A stretch of 59,410 bases of DNA, counting the filler, from Catajapyx aquilonaris (lineage: Eukaryota), in the NCBI GenBank assembly GCA_000934665.2. It is 3 parts of 3 records of this genome, joined end to end, with 100 filler letters (N's around TTAATTAATTAA, not from the genome) between each part and the next. Parts side by side here need not be neighbours in the genome. Positions count along the whole stretch, not along the records: positions 19,718 to 39,733 come from KZ539534.1; positions 39,834 to 59,410 come from JYFJ02006432.1; 1 more part is not named here. One strand, 5' to 3'. Below the pieces are notes generated by a model. That model was not told the origin of the DNA, searched no databases, and was given only the letters and a program-made list of their open reading frames with translations. Positions within the stretch are counted from its first letter, which is position 1; each line of letters opens with the position of its first letter. Below, piece by piece: positions 37,325 to 48,399 of the stretch. Both the position numbers and the translations under genes were made by a program.

Positions 37325-37510
37325 GGGGAGGCGAAGTTTTGGTGCTGCGGTAGCGCATGCGCCCACGGATGTAAGGGCCCCGGGTTCGATCCCAAGCCCC
37401 CTTTCCCTCGTGAGGAGTTCGGGGTCGTCTCCGGCTTCGCCTTGGGTGAGATTTCCGCTGGACTAACAATCCGGGAAGCTCACAAAATGACCTTCGTAAA
37501 CGACAATGCA
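37325..37510 (+). mobile_element. Diverged family-A SINE copy
   Basis: GCGCCCACGGATGTAAGGGCCCCGGGTTCGATCCC is shared with the 23425-23775 element. Confidence 0.7.
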
Positions 37511-37649
37511 CTGCACACAGCAATCCCCTCCCTTCACTTCGCCTTTGGACCAGGACGTCAAGCGTTGGAACATGGTTTTACGAACTCGGGTAGGGTACTT
37601 GTTCATTGCTTGTCCCAATATAGTCCGGGTCCTAAGCGTTTTAACTTAG

Positions 37650-37890
37650 CACTTTGTGATAAGAAGGTGCAACTTGGCACACATGTTCCCTAAGCCTATA
37701 GGAGCCCTTTCCGAGTTGGCGGCACCTGATCGGCCCCTTAGGTCACGAGTTATGCGGTGTTGCCAACCTGGTCTGGGACCCGAAGCTTTTTAATTTTGAA
37801 CTTTGTGATAAGAAGGTGCCACTTGGCGCATACGTTCTCAAGACATTTAGGAATCATTTTATAGTTGGCGGCACCTGATCGGTCCCTTAG
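37650..37890. repeat. Diverged ~90-bp direct repeat (two copies 150 bp apart)
   Basis: ACTTTGTGATAAGAAGGTGC...AGTTGGCGGCACCTGATCGG.CCCTTAG occurs at ~37650 and ~37800. Confidence 0.75.
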
Positions 37891-38471
37891 CCCTTAGGGC
37901 AAAACATAAGAATTTAAAAAACATTTCATGCCCTCTGCATTTACCCCAGTTTCCAGAAAATTCCGCAATTGACAGGTTTTCGCTACATTCAGTGTCCGTT
38001 ATGGACAGGTGTCACCTCATTACCTTGTAATACATCGACAGAATGCTGGCAGATAAGAGTGGATCTGTATCATTTTCTGCCATTCTCATGCGGTTTTATT
38101 CGACCTTTAGGACATTTCCATGTTTTGAGCCTCGTGGGTTGGCATTCGCCGCTTAACTCCTGACCTGAGGGGGCCGATCAGGTTTAGTCCGGCGGCTTAA
38201 TGCCGATATGTGGTTGAATTATGCACTTCGAGCCAAAAGCGTTTTTAATTTTTTTTCGTGATGTACGCACCATAAGGAGCATTTTGAGGGTTGGAGCCAC
38301 CTCCAAAAGTGTCTGGTAATTGTTGTACACCCCTGCAAAGTTTTATATGTGGCATAAGTGAAAATCTCGTGTTATCTACGTATTTGTTGGGCTACGGTGG
38401 TCATCCTGGTGTCATTTCCCATGTTTTCAGGGTCGAGAACTCAATTCTGGCAAAATCAGGTCGTTATAAGT

Positions 38472-38775
38472 GAAACCTGTCCATAACGGACCCTGAGTGT
38501 AACGGAAACCTGTCCATTCCTAATTTTTTTTAAAAGAACGGACATATATGGACAAGGTCATGCATTCGCGGTATACTCCGTGTCGAATATAGCGGAAACC
38601 TGTCCATAACGGACCCTGAGTGTAACGGAAACCTGTCCATTCCTAATTTTTTAAAAAGATCGGACATATGGACAGGTCATGCATTCGCGGTATACTCCGA
38701 AATGAAAGCGAGTCCAGCCGGAATTTTCCGGAATGGACAGGTTTCCGCTAAATACGTAAACCTGTCCATTCCGGA
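38472..38775. repeat. Tandem ~124-bp duplication of a Tc1/pogo-like terminal region; inverted copy at ~37970-38015
   Basis: GAAACCTGTCCATAACGGACCCTGAGTGTAACGGAAACCTGTCCATTCC occurs at 38472 and 38596. Reverse-complement match GTGTCCGTTATGGACAGG near 37992. Confidence 0.65.
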
Positions 38776-38934
38776 CAGCAAAACAACACAATGACGCCAC
38801 GGAACGACGAAAATCACGAGCCATAATCCTTACACACACTCCTGATTAAGTTTGCATCAGATTCCCTCTACATTGGCTAGAATATGACTTACCATTACAT
38901 ATCACCATCCTTGCTCTCCTGACAACTGCCACAC

Positions 38935-39733
38935 TTACAGAGTGTCGTGCAGGGAACACCAACCCTGAAGCAACCACAGCAACCCTGTGCCGTGAAATGA
39001 CCCTTTTGCGCTTGTGGCTGATGGATTGTGGTCTATGTTGTCTGCTGCAAATGTTGTGAATGCGTTCGTTTGTAATGACCTTGGGCAGACCATGCCAATG
39101 TCTTCGAAATGTTGAATTGCAGAGTTTCCCAAATAAGTGGAAATCGCAAGGACTCTGTCATATGAAATGGAAATCCCAGATTGGCAAAATGTGTCCACCA
39201 TTTCCCTTGACCTGGTCTTACAGTGGATGTAAGAGCCTACAAAAATAGGGAAGGGAGTCTCCTGTAGCGTGCTGTGTCTCTGAATACCACGTTTAGCTTG
39301 TAGCTGCGAGCAAGTGTTATATCCAACAATTTGCGATATGGTGAGAACTGGCTGAGAGTAGCAATCGCCGCCATTATCAATCCTAGGGCCGTTCACTATC
39401 ATCGATACAAGTGTCATAAGAGACTCTGGCACAGATTTCTCTTGGCATTGAAATGAAAATGTACCGTCAAATGGCTAAGAGGTACATTGTAGCAAATCTC
39501 TTCTGACTATCGTAGCCGCTCTAGACGAGACGACGGATTTGTCTTCAGCATCATAATAGCAAGCCTTGCGGAGAGATTGACCGACTGTCTCATCAAGAGC
39601 GAAGAAGACATCTCGGCCATCAGCATGTGCAGAGATGTCTGGAAAATATTTCAAGATCTTGCTTTTGAGACGAGTGGAATGAACCGCTGATACATCACCT
39701 CCAAGAGCACTGATTCGGGTTTCATACAACTGT
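38935..39733 (-). pseudogene. Academ-like DNA transposase remnant
   Basis: ORFs 39475-39729 and 38935-39432 contain HSTRLKSKIL, RHS..QETPFPIFVG, KTRSREMVD, GISISYDRVL, VCP..L...FTTFAADNIDHNPSAT..KGSFHGTG. Truncated by the gap. Confidence 0.6.
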
Positions 39734-39833
39734 NNNNNNNNNNNNNNNNNNNNNNNNNNNNNNNNNNNNNNNNNNNNTTAATTAATTAANNNNNNNNNNN
39801 NNNNNNNNNNNNNNNNNNNNNNNNNNNNNNNNN
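39734..39833. other. Artificial assembly spacer (44 N + TTAATTAATTAA + 44 N)
   Basis: Same linker as at 19662, located at 39778-39789. Confidence 0.95.
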
Positions 39834-40118
39834 CCATTGCGATTCCTATCAATGTATTGAGGTTGTGAGCCAGTTATTACACGGACCGAGCGAAAGCCTG
39901 TTAATCCACCGCGATATCTTGAGCCGTCTAGAGTGGACTTGTAAGCAGTCTTGATTTTTGGACACAGCCCACCAGACGCCTAGTTCCGCTCAATCTGGCC
40001 AGATGGCGATGTCTGTGCATGGCCATTAATGCAGGGTACTGTACGAGCTAGAGGAGCGGGAAAAGATGGCGGATCTGAAAATCAGTTGTTGAGTCACGGA
40101 TATGAGGGGCGAAAAAAG

Positions 40119-40315
40119 ATGGCGGCTGGCAAGCGTGCTGAGGCGCTGATCAACGCTGTCAGGCCGAGAAATGAAATTTGGAACCTCAACTTGCCTGGTC
40201 ACAAGAATACCTACGTCCTCCAAGAGCAATTGGAACCGGGAGCGGCGGAGGTCAACGGAACATGAAACCGGAACAGGAAAAGAAGGGCCAGTGCCAACTC
40301 CACTTGCTACAATGT
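40119..40315 (+). pseudogene. MADF-domain N-terminal fragment fused to a Myb/SANT tail fragment (Harbinger ORF2-type)
   Basis: MAAGKRAEALINAVRPRNEIWNLNLPGHKN matches the MADF pattern LI..V..R..IW. 40244-40316 is a near copy of 57868-57941. Confidence 0.55.
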
Positions 40316-41130
40316 GCAATCCGCGAGCGGCTGATTATTTTCGTAACAATCATTTCGCATCTGCCACCTATCGACAGAGTGGCGGAAAGGCATTTGTCCT
40401 TCCACAGGATGTACGTTGGAATACTATGTCAGACTGCCTACAGTCTTATATACAGAACTGGCCAATTCTACTGAAAGTTTGTGAAGATAATCGAGACAAG
40501 ATTGATTCAAGTATTGCCAACAAAGTCAGAAATGTCTCTCTCAAGCGAAATGCAGAAGACTTATTTGAGAGACTGAAACTTATTGCTGTATCACTAGACA
40601 TAGTACAGAGAGACACATGCACCATTATCAAGCAGTTGATGTCTGGAAAAAACTTCCATGATGATTTACAAGGCATCTGTGACAGAAAGTTGTTGGAAAA
40701 AGTCAAAAATAGGAAAGACGTGGCCTTAACTCCAGCCCACTTACTGGGATATTTGACGGATCCCAAATACGAAGGAAAAGGGTTAACAGTGTCGGAAATT
40801 GATACCGCAATGGACTTTGCTCATACCCGATTTCCAGGCTTTATGCCAACACTGGTTAAGTATAAAGCACACTCGGCCCCATTCTCCAGCTACATGTTTT
40901 CTGATGATGTAATTACCCAAGTGTCAGCCTTAGATTGGTGGAAATCAATTTCTGGGGTGGAGGAGAAAGTCATTGATGTTGCACATCAACTCCACTGTAG
41001 TGTTTCTTCATCTACAGGACTTGAGAGAATGTTCTCCACATTTGGATATGTACATTCAAAAGTGAGAAACAGGCTTGGGATTGAGAAGGCTGCAAAGTTA
41101 GTGTTCAAGACTCTGAATCAAGCACATTGA
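40316..41130 (+). pseudogene. hAT transposase C-terminal fragment with dimerisation domain; element 3' end at ~47990-48067
   Basis: DVRWNT, LTDPKY, LDWWKS and SSSTGLERMFSTFGYVHSKVRNRLGIEKAAKLVF. A TIR-like ...ATTGCCAACCCTG with ATTATT subterminal repeats ends at 48067, beyond the nested insertions. Confidence 0.88.
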
Positions 41131-41253
41131 AAAGTAAACTGACTTCCAGGTTCCACGCGTTCCAGCCCATGAGGTAACAGGAATTATTTGATTCCACTAA
41201 AGAAGTTAGAATGTTGAAAGGCTAAAAAATATCCTACCATAGAACCATAGTAC

Positions 41254-41522
41254 TGTCACGGGCAGTTTTGGGCTGCCCGCCCCTGTTGGTACTCCTGGTC
41301 GGCCGTCCTCCTTGGGGAGCCGCTGTTGGCACCCTGGGGGGGAGGAGGGCGCGGCCAGGAGGGGTAGAGAGGAGGAAGAGCGAGAGTGGGAAGGAGAACG
41401 GACGTGTACAGTGGGTGCTCTGACAGAAATAAAGAGGCAGGAGCCCTACGGAACGTGAGTCTTTGTCATTATTCACTTGGTAGGTCCTGAAGAGGACCGA
41501 GGGAACCCCGCCGCAGGCGAAA
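41254..41522 (+). repeat. 5' LTR (269 bp, TGTCACGG...GCGAAA)
   Basis: Starts TG directly after the TSD, contains AATAAA and ends 1 nt before the PBS. Confidence 0.9.
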
Positions 41523-41523
41523 T

Positions 41524-41541
41524 TGGCGCCCAACGTGGGGC
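41524..41541 (+). promoter_or_regulatory. Primer-binding site for tRNA-Lys(CUU)
   Basis: TGGCGCCCAACGTGGGGC is the complement of the 3' 18 nt of tRNA-Lys(CUU). Confidence 0.9.
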
Positions 41542-41989
41542 CGCAAGTTCAGTCAGAACAAAGCGACCTACGTACCCGCACGCCCTGTTTAGGAGCCTGT
41601 ACGGGTTGGACGGGTCCAGACGCTTACAGCGCCGGGACACAGTGAGGGACCGACCTAACAAGGCCAATACTTCCATTTCCCGCATTGGGGAAGCTCTTTA
41701 ATCAGCGACAAAAAAGAAAATACCCGTTGAAAGAGCGAGATGGAGCGTCCGGGCAACGCCCAAGATGGCCGACGGGAGGAAGCCTCCGAGGCTCCCCCCC
41801 GCCGCACAGCAGATCAGGCAGGGGCTAGGGCTGGCGTTGGATGCCGGCGAGGATGAGGTGGCAAGGGCCGTGGCGGCCATGTTGGCCCGCTTGCCCCCCC
41901 CCCCTCCCACACCACCCCTCCTCCCCCCGCCGACGTCACAGTGGACCACTCCTTAGTGGACCTAGATCCTCCCCGGCCAAGCGACGTCA

Positions 41990-44900
41990 TGAGGCGCCTT
42001 GCTAGACAGCGGCGCCTCGGGCAGCTTTATAGGCGCCGAGGTCATCGGCCTCTGTCTAGAGAAGGGGGAGAAAAGAGCGGGACGGAGGCAACAGTTTGCC
42101 CTGGCTGCAGGACAAGGCCCAGACCACCGGTGTAGTCACTCTGACTGCCGAGTGGAGCGGTAGGAGGCGCAGGCAAGACTTTGTGGTCATGCCCGCTCTG
42201 GAAGAGGCTGTCATCCTTGGTCGCGATTTTTTAAATGGCGCAGAAATCTCCCTCCATTGTTATCAAAATGGATGGACCATGGGCCTGGGAGACAGAACAG
42301 TCAAACCGTTTTATGTGCCGCCAGCAGCTAGGCCTTGCATTGCACGCGTGCAAGACCCCCAATGGCTGAAAGAGGCAGTTGCTCGAACTGAACTCACGCC
42401 GCCCAATAAGGCGCGCCTGCTGCTGTTACTGAACAAGCATGCAAAAATGTTCTCCAAGGCCCCTGGCGACACTAGTGTTTTGCAACACGAAATAGTCACG
42501 CAGGACGAGAGACAGATCATCACTCATCCAAGGCCTGCATCAGCGCGAAAAAAGCAGCTGATGGACGAGCACTTACACGAGTTGCTCGAAAATGGGGTGA
42601 TTGAGAGGGGGGATGAGTTCACGTGGACTCATCCGTATTTTTTTATCCCCAAAAAGCGGCTGGAAAATGATGGCCTCGGAGCCCGAGGAGTCCTTCAGGC
42701 TCATCATCGACCTTCGCAGGTTGAATGAGAAAACGGTCAACCTTGATCCGTTCCCCACTTCTAGAGTGAAGGACGTGATCGACCATTTGAGCGAGAGTCG
42801 ATGGTACTCCACTTTTGACATATCAAGTGCGTACCACTCCGTCGCACTGACGGAGGACTCCGCAAACAAGGTGGGAATATCCACGCATCGAGGAGTTTTT
42901 AAATATAAAAAACTCTGTTTCGGCATGAAAAATGCGGCCCAGGCATTTGCCCAAACGATGCACAGGATTCTGAAGGACAGGCTTTTTGATCATTGCGTCA
43001 TTTACGCGGATGACCTGGTCATATACAGTCCTGATTTCGAATCGCACCTGCGGCACATAGGGGAGGTGCTGGTCACCTTGGAGAAGGCTGGCCTGCACCT
43101 GCACCCTCAGAAGCTGCAGCTTTGCACCGCCACTATAAAGCTGCTGGGGTTTGTCGTTGACAACGGCTTTGTGAAGCCCGACCCTGCTAAAACTGAACCG
43201 CTGGTGAACTATCAGGTGCCAAAGGATCAGAAGGCTGTAATGCGTTTCCTGGGGTATGTGAATTACTTCAGGGATCACATTGACCATATGGCTGGTCGAG
43301 CCCGCAATTTGTACAAATTGCTGCGAAAGGATGCGGTATTCCGGTGGACGGACTTGCATCAGAGTGAATTTGAGGACATTAGGAAGGCCCTGATTCACTG
43401 TACGGAGCTGGCTATGCCGCAAATGGACAAGCCATATGCATTGTTTTGTGATGCAAGCATGTCGGCGGTGGCGTCGGTCCTCATGCAGGAGGACGACCAG
43501 GGCCGTATGGTCCCCCTGTCATATGCCAGCCGGTCCTTGGTCGGTCCGGAGCTCAATTATTCCACCACGGATAGAGAGCTCCTGGCGATTATTTTCGCCC
43601 TAAAGAAGCACGCGCAGTATTTGGAATACGCGCATGTCGTGATCTGGACAGATCACATGGCACTGAAGTTTCGTCAGACCGGCAAGTACCTGTCCAGCCG
43701 CCTGGCGCGCTGGAAGGTCACCCTTGACAGCTTTGATTATTCGATTAAGTATGTCAAGGGTGCTGCCAATGTGGTAGCAGACGCTCTTTCACGGTCACGA
43801 GATGATGGACTGGGGCCAAAAGACGGATGTGCGGAGTGCGAGCACAGTCCTGTCGACCCCCAGTCGACCATCCCCCCCATGGTCCTGGACACTCCTGTGG
43901 TTGAGTGTGGACAAAGTGCACTTACGAATGCCGCAAGCATTCGATGGCCTGACACCCCCCCCCNCTCCCAAGCTCGCCTTGGGAGACGAACCGGAGCTAT
44001 GCTGAGGTGGTGGCCATGACCAAGGGGCCCGTTGTTGCTCATGAGCATGGCGGCCCGGAAGTCAAGTTGATAGTAGGGGAGCGTTCCACTTTGGAAGTCG
44101 AACAGATTGTCCGAGCCCAGTTGGGGGACCCAAGAACGCTAGCTATTCGTGAGTACCTGGAAAAAATGGCTTCCGGGTGCACGAATCTGCCGAAGTTAAG
44201 GGTCAAGGACATAGACTCCTACACTATCAAGAGTAATGGTGTGCTTGTAAAGTACATCGTCCCCAAGAAGGAGCTGGACGAGGAGGAGGCGCGGTACGCT
44301 TTCAAAATCGTAGCTCCACCTTCTATAGTGGCTGATGCAATAAAAATGTACCATGATGACCCTGTCACTGGGGGCCATATGGGCATTTATAAGACGCTAA
44401 AGAAGGTCCAAAAGTTTTTCACCTTTCCTAGGATGAGAAAGATGGTGGCGGACTATGTGAGAAGTTGCTTGATTTGCCAGAAAGTGAAGCCGTCACATTT
44501 GCCACCAGCAGGGGTGTCGGAGACACGGAAAATTCCGGATGCTCCGATGGTGAATTTGTATTGCGACCTTATAGGTCCGTTATGCAGATCACCCAAGGGG
44601 AACACCTACATTTTAGTAGTGTGCGATTACCTCACTAGGTACATATTCGCGAAGCCCCTGCGTTCGGCGAAAGCAGCGCCAATAATCAATGCTTTGGAGG
44701 GCATGTTTTTAGAGCATGGGTACCCCAAGACGCTTTTAGCGGACAATGGAACGCAATTCCAGGCGAAGGCTTTGAGCCAGTACTGTAAAGCCGCAGGAAT
44801 CAAACTGATTTTCAGCCCTATATATCACCCCCAAGCGAATTACACCGAGAGGGCAAATCAGGAGGCCAAGAAGTACCTAAGGGCCATTGTGGAGGTCCAC

Positions 44901-45398
44901 AAGGATTGGGATGCGTTGTTGCCCCAAATGCTCCATGCTCTTAACAACTCAGAGCTGGAGACCACCAAAACGACTCCCAACCATCTGCACTTTGGCCGCA
45001 ATTTGGCCTCTCCTGGAGAATGGGCTTATTTTCCAGAGGAGGGGCTCATCTCGACTCAAGCAGCATATCTGGAGAAGATGCGCAACCGGCGGGAAGCCGT
45101 GCTCGAGTTCGTCACTCACAGCTTGAAGCGCGCACGTGACAAGCACATGAAACGCTTTAACAAAGGCAGAAGGCAGGTGCAATTCACTGCAGGCATGCTA
45201 GTTCTTCGAAAGAACCGGCATTTGTCCTCAGCAGTGAAAGGGGTGGTGCAGTCATTGTTGGCAAAGTACGAAGGGCCTTTCAAGGTCGCAGAGCAAGTGT
45301 CGCCCGTGACCTATCGCCTGTCGTCGTTGGGCGGCAAGGTGGAGAAGGTCTTGACGCACGTGGAAGACCTGAAGAGGTACATAGAGCGAAGGCACTAG
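41990..45398 (+). pseudogene. pol: Gypsy pol (protease, RT, RNase H, integrase) with at least three frameshifts
   Basis: Protease ALLDSGA (~41997) and ILGRDFL. RT: IDLRRLN, FDISSAYH, FGMKNA, YADD. RNase H: CDAS, ELLAI, TDH, ADALSR. Integrase: HD..GH, CLIC, CDLIGP, ADNG, ERAN. Frame changes near 42120, 42600-42700 and 43960. Confidence 0.92.
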
Positions 45399-45403
45399 GG
45401 GGG

Positions 45404-47482
45404 TGCCACGGTTCACCCGCCCTGGCCCAGGGTGGGTAGACCGCCCCTTTTTTCTGCCAAGGGAGAGAGGAGCCATCCCCACCTTTTTCTCTGTGAGGGA
45501 AAAGAGGCGGCGGGCGCCCCTTTTTTTCTCTCTCTCCCTGTGAGGGAAGAGAGGAGCCATCCCCATTTTTTGGCTCTGTGTGGGGAGAAGAGGCACCAGG
45601 CCACTCTTTATTTCTCTGTGAGGGAAAGGAGGTGGCGGGCTCCCCTTTTTTTTCTCTCTCTCTCTCTGTAAGGGGAGAGAGGAGCCACCCCCACCTTTTT
45701 TCTCTGTGAGGGAAAAGAGGCGGCGGGCTCCCTTTTTTTGCTCTCTCTCTGTAAGGGAAAAGAGGAGCCATCCCCACCTTTTTCTCCGGATGAGAAAAGA
45801 GGGGGAGGAGGTGCTCATGCTGCTTCGGTGCTTCTTCGGGAGCGGGGCAGGCCCAGAGAGAGGGCGGGTAGTGGCCCCCCTTTCCCCTCCCCTCCCCGCC
45901 CCCCTGGTTGACGGCCCCTCCGCTGTCTCCCCCCTTTTTTTTTCTTGCTCGGCGGCGGTGGGGGCTGGGGGGGCTGGCTTCCGGGCACCTCGTGGCTGGC
46001 GCGCTCCATGCCACTTTTGGGGGGAGTTTCCTGTTTCCGGTTCTTGAGCCGGTTGACCTCCCCCTCCTCCCTCCCACCCTTTCCCTTTGTGTCATTTTGG
46101 GGGTAGACTGTCTGGAAGGGTTTTTTTCCCGGTCCGTTGGCTCTCGAGTCTGGTCCAGTCAACACACGCCTGTTGGATCTCTGACTTTTTGGTGCGGCCG
46201 TGTGAGTGTGCATCGTCAACCTGCGGACATTTTCGATGGCCCCGCCTGCCCCCCGTCACCAGCAGCGTGGAGCCGGCGCCTCGTCGGCGGCCAGGGGCCA
46301 ACACCGTGGCCGCGGTCGCCGCAGCCGCCCTGGGTCCGCCCGTGGTGGGACGCCCCGCCCACCCGCGTCGGGTCCCGTGAGGTGCTCCAGGGGCACACAG
46401 TTTCCGGCCCCCGTGTTCGCCCCGGAGGTGGACAGGGGTTCGCCGGGGGGCCACATTCACCACGTGGACCACCCGTGGCAGCCTTGGCCGCTGCGGTTCT
46501 GCCCGGGACCACCAAGGGAGCTGGAGGCCAGCCTGGTTCCAGCCATCGGGCCTAACCGGCCCCTCCCTACCCCTCCCTCGGATTGGCACAGGACCCCAGC
46601 GCACCGTCTGGAGGGAGCAAACACGTCTTCGCCCCGGCCGGGGCGATGGTGGCGGCTGTGGGCGGGCCTGTGGCCCCGGACAACGCCTCCCTGCGGGCGG
46701 AGGTCCAGGAGCTGCGGGGGCTGTTGGCGGCCCTCCAGGCCGAGGTCGCTCTTCACCGCGGCCCTGCTGCTGCTGCTGCGCCGGTGGGAGAAGATGGGGC
46801 CGCCCTGGGTGCGGCCGGAGGCGAGGGTGCGCCGGCATCTGATGACGAAGAGGCTGCTGGTGGGGAGGCACCCATGGAGGAGGTGGACGACGCTGAAGAG
46901 GAGGACCTGCTGCTGTAGACTTGATGCCCATTGTTGCAACCCCCCCCCCCCCTTTTGTTGTTTGGATTTCTTGTGTGGGCTTTTGGGGGGTTGCAGTGCA
47001 GGCCTGGCGGGATGCACCGTGTTGTATGCTCCTTCCTGCCATTGTTGTGGCAGTGGGTTCATTGTTTTTGATTTGGGGTTTTTCTGGTGAAGGTTTTTTT
47101 TTAAAAAAAATTTTTAGTTTTTTTTTCTTTATTAGTCGCTTTCTTTTAAATTTTGTTTGTTCGTTGTCATTGTTGTCATTGTGCGCTGAGTGGTGCCGGG
47201 GGGTTGGTGGTCGTTCCCCCTGGTCACTTAGCTGGTGTCCGGGGTGGTTGTCTCCTGGTCGGCCGTCCTCCTTGGGGAGCCGCTGTTGGCACCCTGGGGG
47301 GGAGGAGGGCGCGGCCAGGAGGGGTAGAGAGGAGGAAGAGCGAGAGTGGGAAGGAGAACGGACGTGTACAGTGGGTGCTCTGACAGAAATAAAGAGGCAG
47401 GAGCCCTACGGAACGTGAGTCTTTGTCATTATTCACTTGGTAGGTCCTGAAGAGGACCGAGGGAACCCCGCCGCAGGCGAAA
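45404..47482 (+). repeat. Probable 3' LTR (~2.08 kb) containing a tandem array and a decayed ORF
   Basis: The integrase stop overlaps the PPT AGGGGGG and is followed by TGCCACGG...CCCGCCCTG, resembling the 5' LTR start TGTCACGG...CCCGCC(C)TG. The last 231 bp are identical to the 5' LTR. Confidence 0.65.
45440..45810. repeat. Imperfect tandem array of purine/pyrimidine-tract units
   Basis: GAGGAGCCA(T/C)CCCCA...TTTTTCTCTGTGAGGGAAAAGAGGCGGCGGGC recurs about four times. Confidence 0.85.
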
Positions 47483-47492
47483 GTACCATGTA

Positions 47493-47868
47493 CAGTCAAT
47501 CCTTGTTTAACATCGGGGATGGCTGGATAGGTTCGTGACTTCGTGTAAAGTGAAACATTATTACATTAATCATTTAATCTTATGGGAGTTGGGAAATAGG
47601 GGGATAGGTTCCTGGGGGACCAGGTTCGTCATACATTTATCCTACCAATAATGACAAACTCACCAGTCCAAAAGTTAAAAGTAAAATAGAGTTTAATTAT
47701 CATAATCAGTACATGAGAACATGACAGAGCCACAGAGGTAGTACATCAGGCACTGCTTTCTGCGCAATACAGATACAGTAGTGTACAATAATACCGTAAG
47801 TGTTACAGACTTGTAGTCGGCTAGTCGCTCCCATGTAAGCGGAATCCGTGTTAAACGAGAATTGACTG
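47493..47868. mobile_element. pogo/Tigger-like MITE
   Basis: TA-CAGTCAATCCTTGTTTAAC...GTTAAACGAGAATTGACTG-TA. Confidence 0.8.
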
Positions 47869-48399
47869 TATATTGTATAATGCACTTTCCTTGGAATGTA
47901 ACATGTTTGACAATATTGACATACATTTCTTGATTTTCTTCAAATAGCAGGTGGGGTTTTTATCAGGAAAATGAAATAAAGTGCTGTACTACAAATAATA
48001 ACATTATTATCAAAATAATCCGATTATTTGATTCTTTTAAAATAATAATTGATTATTGCCAACCCTGGCTGTATGTAATAATGGCGGTTGTGGTTTCTTT
48101 GCTCAGGTAGCCTGTCGGGAATTTTCCCTGGCTTACTTTTTCTGGCGTACCTTTTCCTCTACGCACTGTGTCATGTGGTTTTTGTCCGAATTCTCCTTTT
48201 CCGAACTGTGTTACGTTCTGTCATGTAGTTTTCAATCTTTTTGCTTTTTTTCACTTTCTAACGTTTGGACCTCCACATTCTCAACACCCCACCTTTAAGA
48301 TGGGCCCAAAAAACGTAGCAGCATTGACAGTAGCTCATCAGATACACGCAGAGTTCGGCAAAGGAGGGACCAAGAGACTGAGGAAGAACACCAGGGACG

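Larger units (their letters stand above)
41254..47482 (+). mobile_element. Gypsy/Ty3 LTR retrotransposon, gag-deleted, with asymmetric LTRs
   Basis: 4-bp TSD GTAC (41250-41253 / 47483-47486). 231 identical bp at 41292-41522 and 47252-47482. PBS present, domain order PR-RT-RH-IN, PPT at 45397-45403. Confidence 0.95.

Noticed and set aside
46092..47062. Long antisense ORFs (316 aa, 201 aa) in the Gypsy 3' region, and an env interpretation
   Set aside because: Very GC-rich sequence is open in most frames; no signal peptide, furin site or TM anchor.
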